A stretch of DNA of 64,000 nucleotides, taken from the NCBI GenBank assembly GCA_038087875.1, contig CM075989.1, positions 3,534,001-3,598,000 on the forward strand, written 5' to 3'. The notes beneath the pieces are model-generated. The model did no database searches. It worked only from the letters and a program-made list of their open reading frames with translations, and was not told the origin of the DNA. Positions 49,725-62,791 of the stretch are shown piece by piece. The DNA is from Malacoraja senta. Lineage: Eukaryota. Position 1 is the first letter of the stretch. Every line of letters starts with the position of its first letter. Made by a program: the position numbers and the translations under genes.

Positions 49725-50880
49725 ATGTGTGTGTGTGGGTGTGGTGTGTGCGTGTGTATGTGGATGTGTGAGTGTGTGTGTATATGTGTGGTGTGTGTGT
49801 GTGTGTGTGTGTACAGTATGTGTGGTGTGTGCGTGTGTGTGGATGTGTGAGTGTGTATGTGTGATGTGTGAATGTGTGTGTGTGTGTATGTGTGGTGTGT
49901 GTAGTGTGTGTGAATGTGTGGTGTGTGTGTATGTGGTGTGTGTGTGTGTATGTGTGGTGTGTGTGTAGGTGTGTGTGCGTGCGTGTGTATGTGTGTGTGG
50001 ATGTGTAAGTGTGTGTGTGGATGTGTGTGTTTGTTTATGTGCGAGTGTGTGAATCTGTGTGCATGTGTTTGCATGTGTGTGTTTGTATGTGTGTGTGTGC
50101 ATGTGTGTGAGTATGAGTGTGTGCATGTGCCTGAGTGTGTGCAAATGTGTGTGGGCGTAAAAGCTTTCTGGCTGATATTAACAATGTTTTGCTGTGTGCT
50201 TGGGTGTGTGTGGGTGTGAGATTGTGTGCTTGTGTTATTTTTCCTACTGACATGATTTTTGCGGTGTGTGCGAGTGTGTGGTGTGTGTGCCTCACGAGCA
50301 TTTATGACTCTTGCCCTGTGTGTCAAAGCCTCATATATTCATGATTTTCACTTTGTGTTTGTTTGTCTGTGTGTGAGTGCATGTGTTTGTGTATGTTGAC
50401 ATGTGTGTGTTTACGTGTGTGTGAGCTTGTGCGTATGCCTCACGGATATTTATAATTCTTACACTGTGTCTATGTCTTCCTGATATTGACGATTCTTGCT
50501 TTGTTTATATGTGGGTCTGTGCCTTATTGCTATTTATGAATCTTACTGTGTGTGTGTGTGTGCGTGTGTCTGCGTGTGCGTGTGTGTGTGTCTGCGTGTG
50601 CGTGTCTGTGTGCATGTGTGTGTGCATGTATGTGTGTGTGTGTGCATGTGTGTGTACATGTGTGCATGCATGTGTGTCTTTGTGTGTGTATGTGTGTGTT
50701 CGTGTGTGTGTCTGTGTGTGTGCATGCATGTGTGTGGGTGTGCGTGTGTGTGTGTCTGTGTGTGTACACGTGTGCATGCATGTATGTCTATGGCATGCAT
50801 GTGTGTGCGTGCATGTGTGTTTGTGTGTATGCGTGTGTGTGTGTGTGTATGCGTGCGTGCGTGTGTGCGTGCGCGTGTAT
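49725..50880. repeat. Degenerate (TG)n microsatellite blocks
   Basis: Direct inspection. Confidence 0.95.
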
Positions 50881-51179
50881 CTCATTCATCTCACCTCTGA
50901 CCATGTTTCCCCTGCATCTTTCTATATCAATGTGTTTCTTAATTCACTTCCATGCGGCCACTGTTCATACTGTTTATATTGAACTACTGCAGATATTTTA
51001 CAGCAGAGGTATCGGCGTTCACCCAGCGACACCTCACATGAACGTCTCTCCTTGCTTCACCTACAATTCTACCAGCATGTCCTCACATCCAGCTTTCCCA
51101 CAAGTGCCCCTCGAGATTACCTATAGTGTAGCAGCTCCATGAAGGACCTCAACCCATCCTATTGTAGTTTATTTTAGGT

Positions 51180-51510
51180 TTTAGTTTAGTTTAGAGATAC
51201 AGTGTAGACACAGTGCCTTTGGCCCACTGAGTCTGCACTGGCCAGTGATCCCCACACATGAACACTATCCTACGCACACTAGGGACAATTTACATTTACA
51301 CCAAGCCAATTAACATACAGACCGGTGTGGGAGGAAACCGAAGATCTCGGAGAAAACCAAGTCAAGTCAAGTCAAGAGAGTTACCCACGCGGTCACGGGG
51401 AGAACGTACAAACTCCATACAGACAGCACCCGTAGTCGGGATCGAACCTAAGTCTCTGGCGCTGTAAGCGCTCTAAGACAGCAACTCTACCACTGCGCCA
51501 CTGTGCCACC
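51180..51510 (-). mobile_element. V-SINE
   Basis: Reverse-complement family motifs. Confidence 0.85.
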
Positions 51511-51738
51511 CATAAGTGCCTCTGTACAAACACCGATGATGAGGAACACTGGGCAGGCTGTGTGCGGCAGGACTCGTTCCATCTGCCGCAGTCTGAGCAC
51601 TGACACCTCAACCACGAGTCACAACTCCATTGGGATTTAGTCTCTGCACAAACTCTTTTTCACTGTCAAAGGAATTTCGCTGAAAGCAGCGCCGATTGTC
51701 AGATTCCCACCACAGTAAACAGAAGCAAAAGACACTAT

Positions 51739-52215
51739 GTGCTGGAGTAACTCAACAGGTCAGGCAGCATCTGTGGAGAACATGGATAGGTGACGTTTCA
51801 CAGAGTGCTGGAGTAACTCAGCGGGTCAGGCAGCATCTGTGGAGAACATGGATAGGTGACGTTTCACAGAGTGCTGGAGTAACTCAGCGGGTCAGGCATC
51901 ATCTGTGGAGCGAAGGAAATGGGCAACCTTTCGGGCCGAAACCCTGAAGGAAATAGGCAACGTTTTGGGCCGAAACCCGGAAGGGTTTCGGGCCGAAACG
52001 TTGCCTATTTCCTTCGCTCTATAGATGCTGCCGGAACATGGATAGGTGACGTTTCACAGAGTGCTGGAGTAACTCAGCGGGTCAGGCAGCATCTGTGGAG
52101 AACATGGATAGGTGACGTTTCACAGAGTGCTGGAGTAACACAGAGCGGGTCAGGCAGCATCTGTGGAGAACATGGATAGGTGACGGCTTGGGCTGAGACC
52201 ATTCTTCAGACTGAT
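51739..52215 (-). repeat. Tandem array of a 66-bp Penelope pLTR segment (about 5 units)
   Basis: Unit starts at 51739, 51805, 51871, 52061 and 52127. The third unit is interrupted by another pLTR subfamily. Confidence 0.9.
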
Positions 52216-53367
52216 TGTCGTAAGGGGGTGGGGGGAAACTGGGAGAGAGATGATGGAAGGACATAGTTTGGCAGATGTGGGTTTTTTTTGAGAGACAGGT
52301 GGTTGGACAAAGGAAGGAGCGGCGTGGGGAGACGGCCGTGAAGACCAATGACAATGGGGACCCGGCGTTGGGGGGGGGGGGTGCGGCGTGAGGGGAGGGG
52401 GAGGGGGGAGGAACAAAGGGAGACCTGGCGCTGGGGAGGATTTGTAACTTTGTCAGTGCCCTTCATGGGCGACTATTTGAATACCTTGGCAACAAGCAAA
52501 GAATTTCACTGTGACTTGTCACATGTGACAATAAAGTTTTCATTTATTCAAAGGCCAGAAATGAAAAGACAAAAAATGTGAGGTGAAGAGATAAAGGATA
52601 GATGAGAGTGAAATCGGAAGCTAGAGGAAGGAATATAGATGGAGGGAGATGGGGGGGGGGGGAGGGGAAAAAGAGAAATGGGTGCATGTGCAGGTGTGGG
52701 CAGGGAAGAGAGGGGGAAAGGAGAGGTGGGAAAGGCAGGGAAGCTGTCTGTTGGTTAGTTACTTAAAATTGCAGAATTCAATGTTCTAACCACTAGGTTA
52801 TAAACTACCCACAGCAATTTGAGTTGCCACCGAGTCGCCACTGAACAGCGATCCCCACACTATCCTACATACTATTAGGGTCAATATACAATTTTACCAA
52901 GTGAATTAGCCTATGAACATTTGCTTCTTTGGAGTGTGGGAGAAAACCAGAGCACCTGGAGAAAACCCATGTAGAGCGTGCACACTCCGTTCAAGCAGGA
53001 TCGAACCTGGTTTGCATGTGGCCTCACTTTGCCAGACTGCCTATCTATGATCCAGAGATGCAGAGATGCTGCCTGACCCACTGAGTTACTCCAGCGCTTT
53101 GTGCCTTTTTTTTGTAAACCAGCAGCTGCAGTTCCTTGCGTCAGCAAGTGGGAAAGGATGTTGTTCAATCTATCTTCTCCACCCCAGACACTCTGTCAGC
53201 CTGCAACGAGGTGGAAACCGGAGTGAATGGGCTGTGTGTCCAGCTCAGTAAAGCCACTGAGATTGGTGCCTACTCTGTAGAGGGTCAAGTCCTTCCTGCC
53301 CACAGGAACGTTAGCTGTGGCATTTCATTAGGGTGCAACTTGCTACCTTTTGTGGGTGCTATTTGGG

Positions 53368-53673
53368 GTTTAGTTTAGAGATACAGTGCAGAAACAAGTC
53401 CTTCGACCCACCAAGCCTGCACTGACCAGCGATCCCCACACATTAACACTGCCCTACTCACACTAGGGACAATTTTACATTTACTCCAAGCCAATTAGCC
53501 TACAAACCTGTACGTCTTTGGGGTGCGGGAGGAAACCGAAGATCTCGGAGAAAACCCACACAGGTCACGGGGAGAACGTTCAAACTCCGTACAGAGAGCC
53601 CCCTTAGTCAGGATCGAACCCAGGTCTCTGGCGCTGTAAGGCCGCAACTCTACCGCTGCGCCACCTTGCCGCC
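53368..53673 (-). mobile_element. V-SINE, full length
   Basis: Family motifs. Confidence 0.9.
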
Positions 53674-54199
53674 CGGTGTGGGTGGATTATGTATAAACTA
53701 ACAAAATAAAGCCAGAAAATGATTCTCAGCTGAAAGCTCTGTAGAAAAATAGATCTGGTTGCTTGGGTCAGTGAATAACCATAGTTACCGGGTGAGAACA
53801 TTTATTGTTGGCATCAATATAATTATTTCTGATCACTATTCTTCCCGTCATGCCGGCTCCACACACCCGAGTCCAGGTCCACTGCCTCCGATTGTGATCT
53901 GTTGAGCTTAAAAATTCATTATTCATGAAGATGTGTAGGTAGACCGTGCCACGTTTGAGAGGCACTTTGAAAGATACAAAGGTGTGTTGCTTGGCAAAAC
54001 GCTCGTCGCCTTGGTAACCGACTCACCAGTCTCCATGGGTTTAATAAGCAGCTGCAAATACCCGAGACACAGCAGTGACATACGGCCCACTCTCTCTCTC
54101 TCTCTCTCTCTGGTTTCCATCTCGTTACAAGGTGTCTGGTGGAGGGATTAACCCTTCGCTGGGCCGTCCCTTGGCAAGCATCCACTGATAGTGCTGTCA

Positions 54200-55412
54200 T
54201 CTTGAAGATGGACACAAGAGGCTGGAGTAACTCAGTGGGTCAGGCAGTATCTCTGGAGCAAAGTAGTGGGATGACGCTTCGGGTCAGGAACCTTCTTCAG
54301 ACTTGAGACACCACCCATTTTCTCAAGAGATGTTGTCTGAGCCGCTGAGTTGTTCCAGCACTTTGTGTCCATCTTCCTGTTACTTAGTAGACATGTTACA
54401 TTGTAGACATGTTAGTAGACTTAGTTACATTGTAGACATGAGTGGAATCAAGCCACGGACACAAACAACAGGCAGTGCGAAAGGAAAATACCAGAGTGCA
54501 GAATATAGTGTTGCAGCATTAAGTTAAAGAGAAAAAGTGCACGCAAGGCCCACAATGAGGTAGGTTGGAAGACCTGGCCTACACCCTGGCTTATAAGAAG
54601 GCTATTCAGTAGTCTGATAACAGCTGGGAAGAAACTGTTCCTGAATCCGATGATATCCTTCTGACGAGACCCTTCTTTCATCTTGAATGCCGCATTTGGT
54701 GCACCGTCCCATGCTCAGACGAAAGTGCCGTCCCAAAGTTATCAGCTCCACCATCCACTGTTCCCTTTCCAAAGGACTTGCAGTGAACATTATCAGTTTA
54801 GGGCACCACCTTCTTCATGAGCAGCGGTCCATCAGTGGTGATACAGCCGAATGTCCAGTGGGCCTCAAGCTCTCCACGTACAAATGAAGGCAGTGTTAGA
54901 CTGGCGGTACACTTTGTCACGTGTACAGTGAAAAGCTTTTGTTGTGCGCTAACCAGTCAGCGGAAAGACAATACATGATTACAATCGAGCCATTTACAGG
55001 GTACAGACACATGATAAGGGAATAATATTCAGTGCAAGGTAAAGCCAGTGAAGTCCAATCAAGGGTCATCCGGAAAGGAAACTGTCCAGGAGAAGGCCAG
55101 TTAGAATGGCACTGCAGCGCAGCTAGTAGAGCTGCTGCCTCACAGTGCCAGAGACCCGGGTTCGATCCCGACCTCGGGTGTCGTCTGTGTGGAGTTTGCA
55201 CGTTCTCCCTGTGACCACATGGGTCTCCCACATGCCAAAGATGTGCAGGTTTGTTGGTTAATTGCCATCTAGCATGTCGAGGCCGATTAATTGCCCTTTA
55301 GTGTGCAGGGAGTGGATGGGAAAGTGGGACAACATAGAACCAGTGTGAATGGGTGCCCGATGGTGGGTGTGGACTCGCTGGTCTGAAGGGTCTGTTTCTG
55401 AGCATCTAAAAT
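54200..55412. mobile_element. pLTR fold-back, Rex-type ends (-) and V-SINE (+ about 55100-55412)
   Basis: Family motifs, including FRNSFFPAVIRLLN. Confidence 0.75.
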
Positions 55413-55549
55413 AAAAGACACCACCATTTATTTGACCTGTGCAATATAAATAGAAACTGAATGAAAGCTGCTGAATGACAGATCTACCTCCCGCCCAAAT
55501 ACAGCTCATCTGACAACAGTGCCAAGTGAACAAGGTTCGCTGTCTCTCT

Positions 55550-56370
55550 CTGTGTAGGAAGGAGCTGCAGATGCTGATTTACACCGAAGGTAGACACAAA
55601 ATGCTGGAGTAACACAGGGGGACAGGCAACTTCTCTGGCAAATTGGAGGACCAGCACTTCATAATTTGCTTGGGCAGCTTACAACCCAGTGGTATGAATA
55701 TTGATTTCACTAACTTCATCAACTTGCATCCCCCCCCCTCTCCGTCCCTCTCCCCCCCCCCCCCCCCACCCTATCATCGTACTAGTTTCACTGTTTTCCT
55801 GTTGAGTTGTAACTCATTATCTCCGAGCCCACAGCCAACAATGGGCCATTCTGGGCTCCAACTTTCCATGATCATCGTTGCTTTTGGAATATCTTTCATT
55901 CATGTGTCTATGTACCGTCTATATCTCTCGGTTCCCATTCCCCTGACTCTTAGTCGGAAGGAGGGTCTCGACCAGAAATATCATCCATTCCTTCTCTCCA
56001 GAGATGCTGCCTGACCTGCTGAGTAAAGGTCCTGTCCCGCTTTCCCGAGTTACTCACGAATTCTCCCGAGTTTTCCCCTTGATTCAAACCGCAGGTACTC
56101 GGGGCTATTTTTTTACTCGTGGACATTTTTCCAAGCCGATAAAACGTCCCGACTTACCTGATGCCCCGAATACCTACGGCTGGCGTAACGAGCCGCTACG
56201 ATATATCTACGGACTCCAACGGACTCGTTACGGACATTCTCCGAGTTTGAATCAAGGGGAAAACTCGGGAGAATTCGTGAGTAACTCGGGAAAGAGGGAC
56301 AGGCCCTTTACTCCAGCATTTTTTGTGCCTATCTTTGGCTTAAACCAGCATCTGCAGTTCCTTCCCACAC
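55550..56370 (+). mobile_element. Truncated Penelope insertion (inverted pLTR, ORF end, pLTR) split by a MITE
   Basis: EDQHFIICLGSLQPSGMNIDF followed by the pLTR. Confidence 0.85.
56027..56307. mobile_element. PIF/Harbinger-type MITE with about 60-bp TIRs
   Basis: AGGTCCTGTCCCGCTTTCCCGAGTTACTCACGAATTCTCCCGAG.. and its reverse complement, flanked by TAA/TTA. Confidence 0.9.
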
Positions 56371-56829
56371 TAAATGATTTGATGAGCAGGTTTCAATTAA
56401 GTTACAAGCAAATATAATTTTCTATTCAGCGTTCTTCATTTTTTTACTGACAAATTCAAACAATGCCGTTGAGTTCCCGACAAAAGCTCTTTTCAGTCGT
56501 CGTGTCGCTGCCTAAAAGAGAGCTGTCTGTCGAAGCTAGGTCCTTACAAAAGACTCGCTGTGAAACCTGATGACTCATCCATTGTGGCCCTGTCAGGAAG
56601 GCTTGAAGAGGAGTGATCTTGTGCTGAGTCGTCGTGCGGCAGGTGAAGTGGTGACTTTAGGTTGGTCTGGCGGGCAGAGTCTCTCACGACTCGGCACGAA
56701 TCAGGGCATGACGCACAGCGTTACCGACCGAGCACGAGTCTCAATCACACGAGCGATGGGTTAAAAATAGACGCGCATGCAAATCCCATCCGTGGCAAAC
56801 ATCTCTCTTCGGACTCAGTTAGCGCCCAG

Positions 56830-58222
56830 CACGGATGTGGAGGCTTTGGTGAGGGCGCAGTAGACCTTTACCAAAACGATGCCTGGATTTTCATCACTGG
56901 TACTCTCATAACGTGTAAGAGACATTTGGACAGGTACATGGATAGGATAGATTTAGAGGGATACAGGCCAAACGCAGGCAGGTAGGATCAGTGTAGATTG
57001 GGGCATGTTGGTCGGCATGACATGTTGGGCCGAAGGGCCTGTTTTTATGCTGTATGACTGTTTGACTCTATGACTCAAGGGTATTAGGTATAAGAAGAGG
57101 TTGGGCAGAATTGGATAGTTTTCTCTGGAGCGTCGGAGCTCGTGAGAAGACCTGATAGACGTATACAAAATGATGACAGGCACAGAGAGGGTAGACAGTC
57201 AGAAACTTTTTCAGGATGGAAAAAACAAAGACCAGAGGGCATAGCTTTAAGGTGAGAGGGGCAAAGTTTAAAGGAGATGTGCGGGGTAAGTTTTTTACAC
57301 AGTGGGTGGTGGGTGCCTGGAACACACTGCCAGGGGTGGTGGTGAAGGTAGTTGCAATAGCAGCATTTACAAGGCTATTAGATCGTCAGATGGATATGCA
57401 GGGAATGAAGGGGCATGGATATTGTGCAGGAAGATGCTGGCATCATGTTCATTATGAACATTATTAACATTATGAATAAGTTTATTGGCCAAGTATTCAC
57501 ATACAAGGAATTTGCCTTGGTGCTCCGCCCGCAAGTGACAACATGACATACAGTGACAGTTAGGAATGACACATAAAATATTAGACATTAATAATAAAAC
57601 ATTGTCGATTAATCATGTGAATTAAATAAAATACCAGAGCAAAAGGAGGCTACAGATTTTTGGTTATTGAGTAGAGCTACTACTCGTGGAAAAAAAGCTG
57701 TTTTTATGTCTGGCTGTGGCAGCTTTGACAGTCCGGAGTCGCCTTCCAGAGGGAAGTGATTCAAAGAGTTTGTGGGCAGGGTGAGAGGGGTCAGAGATGA
57801 TCTTATCCGCTCGCTTCCTGGCCCTTGCAGTGTACAGTTCGTCAATGGAGGGAAGGTTGCAGCCAATAACCTTCTCAGCTTCTCAGGATATGGAGAGGAT
57901 GTTTCCACTAATGGGAGAGTCTAGGACTAGAGGTCATAGCCTCACAATTAAAGGACGTTCTTTGAGGAAGGAGACGGGGTGAAATTTCTTTAGTTAGTGG
58001 ATCTGTGGAATTCTTTGTCACAGAAGGCTGTGGAGGCCAAGTCAGTGGATATTTTTAAGGCAGAGATAGATAGATTCCTGATTAGTACAGGTGTCAGAGG
58101 TTATGGGGAGATGGCAGGAGTATGGGGTTAGGAGGGAGAGATAGATCAGCCATGCTTGAATGGCGGAGTAAACTTGATGGGCCGAATGGCCTAATCCTAC
58201 TCCTATTCCTTATGACCTTATG
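56830..58222. mobile_element. CR1 fragments (+) with a Rex/Babar 3' end (-, about 57470-57880)
   Basis: FFTQWVVGAWNTLP (CR1) and KTAFFPRVVALLN (Rex). Confidence 0.82.
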
Positions 58223-58610
58223 AGAAAATGACGAGTCAGCAAGACGCAGATCAAGAGTCATGAGTCAAGAACGTTTTATTGTCATTTGTCCCAGATGGAA
58301 CAATGAAATTCTTACTTGAATGTTTCTTAATGAAACATTTCTTAATTTGTTAAATGAATGTTTCATTTATGAGGAAAGATTGGAGAGACAGGGTTTGTTT
58401 TCTTGTTTTTGCAAAGTAGTTTAGGTGTGACCTGACAGAGGAATATACATTTATGAGGGGCACAGATAATGGGGTTAGTAGGAAACCTTCCCCATGGCAG
58501 GGGTTTCATCGACCAGAGGGGATAGTTTTAAGGCTGGAATAAGAGCTTTCGAGAGGATTTGAGGAGGAATTTGTTCACCCAGAGAGTACTTGCAGTCTGG
58601 AAAGCAGTGG

Positions 58611-58935
58611 TTTAGTTTAGTTTAGTTTAGAGATACAGTGCGGAAACAGGCCCTTCGGCCCACGGAGGCCGCGCCGACCAGCGATCACCCAGCACACTCA
58701 CGCTATCCTACCCACACTAGGAACAATTCATGCATACACCAAGCCAATTAACCTACAAACCTGTACATCTTTGGAGTGTGGGAGGAAACCGAAGATCTCG
58801 GAGAAAACCCACGCGGTCACAGGGCGAACGTGCAAACTCCATACAGACAGCACCCCTGGTCAGGTTCGAACCCGGTTCTCCGGTGCGGCAAGCGCTGTAA
58901 GGCAGCAACTCTACCGCTATGCCACCGTGATGCCC
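58611..58935 (-). mobile_element. V-SINE, full length
   Basis: Family motifs. Confidence 0.9.
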
Positions 58936-59139
58936 TGAGTGGTCTGAAGAGTGGTGAAGCATCTTATTCCCACAACATCTAATAAGCAACTGAAGGCTGG
59001 ATCCAAGATGGCGGCCAAGACAGGCGCCTATTTGTGCGCTGGCCACAGATGTGGATCTGCAATCACACATTACAATCGCTCCACTCTATGAAATCTCTAC
59101 TCCGACAACAAAATTTATCTGTACACTGCTGACGGCTTG

Positions 59140-59755
59140 ATATGGGACATTGGCCTTCATCAGTCAGAGTATTGAGTATAGAAGTTGGGAGGTCATGTTG
59201 CAGTTGTATAAGACGTTGGTGAGGCCACATTTAGAGTATTGTGTTCAGTTCTGGGCACCGTGTAATAAGAAAGCTGTTGTCAAGCTGGAGTGGGTACAGA
59301 GAAGATTTACGAGGATGTTACCAGGACTAGAGGGTCTGAGTTATTGGGAGAGGTTGAGTAGGCTGGGACTCTATTACTTGGAGCGCAGGAGGGTGAGGGG
59401 TGATCTTATAGAGGTGTATAAAATCATGAGAGGAATAGATCGGGTAGATGCACAGAGTCTCCTGCCCAGAGTAAGTGAATTGAGAACCAGAGGACATAGG
59501 TTTAGGTGAAGGGAACAAGATTTAATAGGAAACTGAGGGGGTAACATTTTCACATAAAGGGTGGTGGGTGTATGGAACAAGCTGCCAGAGGAGGTAGTTG
59601 AGGCTGGGACTATCCCAACGTTTAAAAAATAGTCAGACAGGTACATGGATAGGACAGGTTTGGAGGGATATGGACCAAGCGCAGGCAGGTGGGACTAGTG
59701 TAGATGGGACATGTTGGCTGGTGTGGGCAAGTTGTATCACTCTATGACTCTATGA
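59140..59755 (+). mobile_element. CR1 (HER1-like) 3' fragment
   Basis: LYKTLVRPHLEYCVQFWAP..RGDLIEVYKIMRG. Confidence 0.92.
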
Positions 59756-60154
59756 TTGTAGTCATGCATTGTCTTTTCACTGACTGGTTAGCATGCAACA
59801 AAGGTTATCACTGTACCTTGGTCCACGTGACAATAAACTAACTGAACAAGCATCTGAATCACCAAAGCACACAAGCAATGAACAAGTACTGGCAAACAGG
59901 GTTAGTATTGTAGAGGGAATGCGTGTTTACCAGAGCGTACTGCTAATGCCTTCAATAAACCGACTTGTTCGATACTCACCACTGATGTATGATCTGTTTT
60001 ATTTTGTGCTTGCGCTTATCTGAGCCATGCCAGATACAGAGTGCAGGTATAGCACAAAATTCTCTTCTACAATATACATGTGGTTAGCATGAATGTAGTG
60101 GGTAGAATGGCTTACAGTATGCCTTTGCTGTGTGACTAACATTTTGCTGTTATC

Positions 60155-60420
60155 AGCTGTTATCAGGCAACTGAATCATCCTACCACATCCAGATAGCAG
60201 TGCTGACCTACCATCTACCTCTTTGATGTCCCTCGGACTATCCTTGACTGGACTTTGCTGGCTTTACCTTGCACTAAATGTTATTCCCTTATAATGTATC
60301 TATACACTGTGAATGGATTGATTGTAATCATGTATTGTCTTTCTGCTGACTGGTTAGCACGCAACAAAAAGCTTTTCACTGTACCTCGGTCCACGTCACA
60401 ATAAACTAAACGGAAACTGA
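60155..60420 (+). mobile_element. Rex/Babar-type 3' tail
   Basis: GCTGTTATCAGGCAACTGAA..GCTTTTCACTGTACCTCGG..CAATAAACTAAA. Confidence 0.7.
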
Positions 60421-60814
60421 AACATCGCCAATGCCAGCAGTGATCTGGGCGTCATAATCTTTACATGAGGTGGAGGAGACAGAGGCAGTGCCAGCTTTGG
60501 GAATGGTTGCAGCAGAATGAGCCGGGGCTGCTGTTCTCTTCACAGTGGCGGCTGGGAGCAGGGCCGACCTTGGTCCCCTCTCCCCGAGGGCCGCCTGTGT
60601 CAGTCGCCAGCGCTCGGGGAGCGAAGCGTCGGCCAGTGGCCCTGCGCCGAGGGAGTAGGCGAGGTAACGTGGAGAAACGGTGGAGCTGAGAGACGCTTCA
60701 CACCACCCATGGCGGCTCAGTCACAGTGAGTGGACAGTGAGTGTCACTTTACTGAACAAGGACTGCTTCAGTCTGTAATTTATCCGTCTGCAACTGTGAG
60801 CGCTTGCAGTTCAC

Positions 60815-61152
60815 GTTCACAAGTTATAGGAGTAGAATTAGGTGATTCAGCCCATTGAGTCCACTCCGCCATTCAATCATGGCTGATCTCTGCCTCCTAA
60901 TCTCTATTCCCTGCCTTCTCCCCATAACCCTTGACACCCATTCTAATCAAGAATTTGTCTATCTCTGCCTTAAAAATATCCTCTGACGGCCTCCACAGCC
61001 CTCTGCGGCAATGAGTTCCACAGATTAACTACACTCTGACTAAAGAAGTTCCTCCTCACCTCCTTTCCAAAAGAGCGCCCTTTAATTCTGAGGCTACGAC
61101 CTCTGGTCCTAGACTCTCACACCAGTGGAAACATCCTTTCCACATCCACTCT
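60815..61152 (-). mobile_element. CR1 3' fragment
   Basis: Similar to 6950-7295 and 57888-58222. Confidence 0.88.
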
Positions 61153-61456
61153 AACATTATTCTTTAACATTATTTTAATCTACTGTTATGTATTTTTATG
61201 CTTTGCAATTTTGATTATCTTTCCCACGGCCGCTAACAGGATAGAAACCTTTCGCATAATGTCACACTTTTTTGGAGTGTGGTTCATCGTAACTCTTTTT
61301 TTCTCTTCTTGCTCTTTCAATCTACTCTTTCTCTCTCTCTTTCTCTTTATCTCTCACTTACTCTTTCTCTATTTCTTTTATCCATTGTTCCCTGCAGACA
61401 GACTAGCAAGATGTAGGATGAACACTGAGCAAGAAATGGAGCAATAGCAAGCTTAA

Positions 61457-62084
61457 AGGGCCTATCACACTTAGCTACTACAGGCGACTAGGTTGTAGCC
61501 ACATGGTCGCAGGGTGACGCCTGTATGGTCATGAGTCGTCTCCTCAAGTCGCCTAAAGAGTCGTAACATTTTTCTGGTCGCTGCTGGATTTTGAAATGTT
61601 CAAAACATTTTGGCGACTGTGGGCTTGACATAGCTTGTCTTCTCCTGTTGTAGGTGCTGTCGTAGGTTGTCGCCAGGTGACGTTGGTTGTCGCCGGGTGC
61701 TGACTGGTGAATTCCATTGGCGACTACCTACGCAACCTACGTCAACCGACGGCAGGTACCGGCGACTGAATTGTGTTCAGTTGTGTTCAGTTGTCGCCGA
61801 CAGGGTCGTTGCTTGTCGTAGCTTGTCGCGGGTGGACGTAGGTTGACTTTGGTTGTCGTAGGTTGTCGCCTGTGTGGACGTAGGTTGTCATAGGTGTGGT
61901 CATAGGTGGACGTCCTAATAGGTCTCCGTTTGTCGGCAGCTTGCCGCAGCTGGACGTCGACTAGGTGGTAGGTTGTCATAGACATTGTCATGGTGGGGTC
62001 CAGTCGCTGCTTTCTCGGCGACCTGCTACGACTGTGACTGTCGCAAGTAGTCGCCGAAAAAATCACCTAAGTGGGACAGGCCCT
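61457..62084. mobile_element. PIF/Harbinger-type MITE
   Basis: TIR AGGGCCTATCACACTTAG / CTAAGTGGGACAGGCCCT with TAA TSD on both sides. Internal GTAGGTTGTCG-like reiterations. Confidence 0.85.
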
Positions 62085-62234
62085 TAAGGGATTCAATGAT
62101 TCAGTGATACTTTATGGTCACATGTACCTAGGTACAGTGAAATGCAATGCACAAAGTACGCAAACACTATCTGGCACCGAGAAACTTATTTATATTCATA
62201 AGCGTTTCTTGAGGGCCTCTGAGGGAGCGCTGTA

Positions 62235-62380
62235 TGTATGTATTTATGTCTGTATTGTTAGATCTATGTACCACTGTATGTAGCATGTTAGTACCTGCAC
62301 TAATGTAAAGCACTTTGGTCAACAAGAGTTGTTTTTAAATGTGCTATAGAAATAAAATGGAATTGACTTGACTTGACTTG
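62235..62380 (+). mobile_element. L2-type 3' end
   Basis: GTAAAGCACTTTGGTCAAC..AAATGTGCTATAGAAATAAA followed by (TTGAC)n. Confidence 0.65.
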
Positions 62381-62791
62381 AGAACGCAAATGTCTATAAC
62401 ACAAGGTTGCTGAGGACCACAACTATCAGGATATAGTAGATCTATCTGATTTCGGGATAGTTAAGTCTGTGCTCCATTGAATATTCTGAGTAATGGTCTT
62501 ATATTGGGAATGAATTTGTGGTCTCTCATTTATCCTGCACTTTACTAGTCTTGTCTGGCATAATGTTGAGCTGAATTTGAGATCAGCCATGATTGAATGG
62601 CGGAGTAGATTTGATGGGCCGAATGGCCTAATTCTGATCGAAGAAGTTATGAACTTATTGTGAATTTACGACAGATTCATCAATGAGGTCGGCAGTAGCG
62701 GGGATAGTGCTGATATTCAATGGTAAAAGTTCAGTAGTATTTTACTTGTCACATGTACCGAGATACAGTGAATATTTTTGCTTTGCATATA

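Noticed and set aside
51739..52215. CRISPR-like regular repeats
   Set aside because: Head-to-tail identical units with no unique spacers, no cas genes and a vertebrate context.
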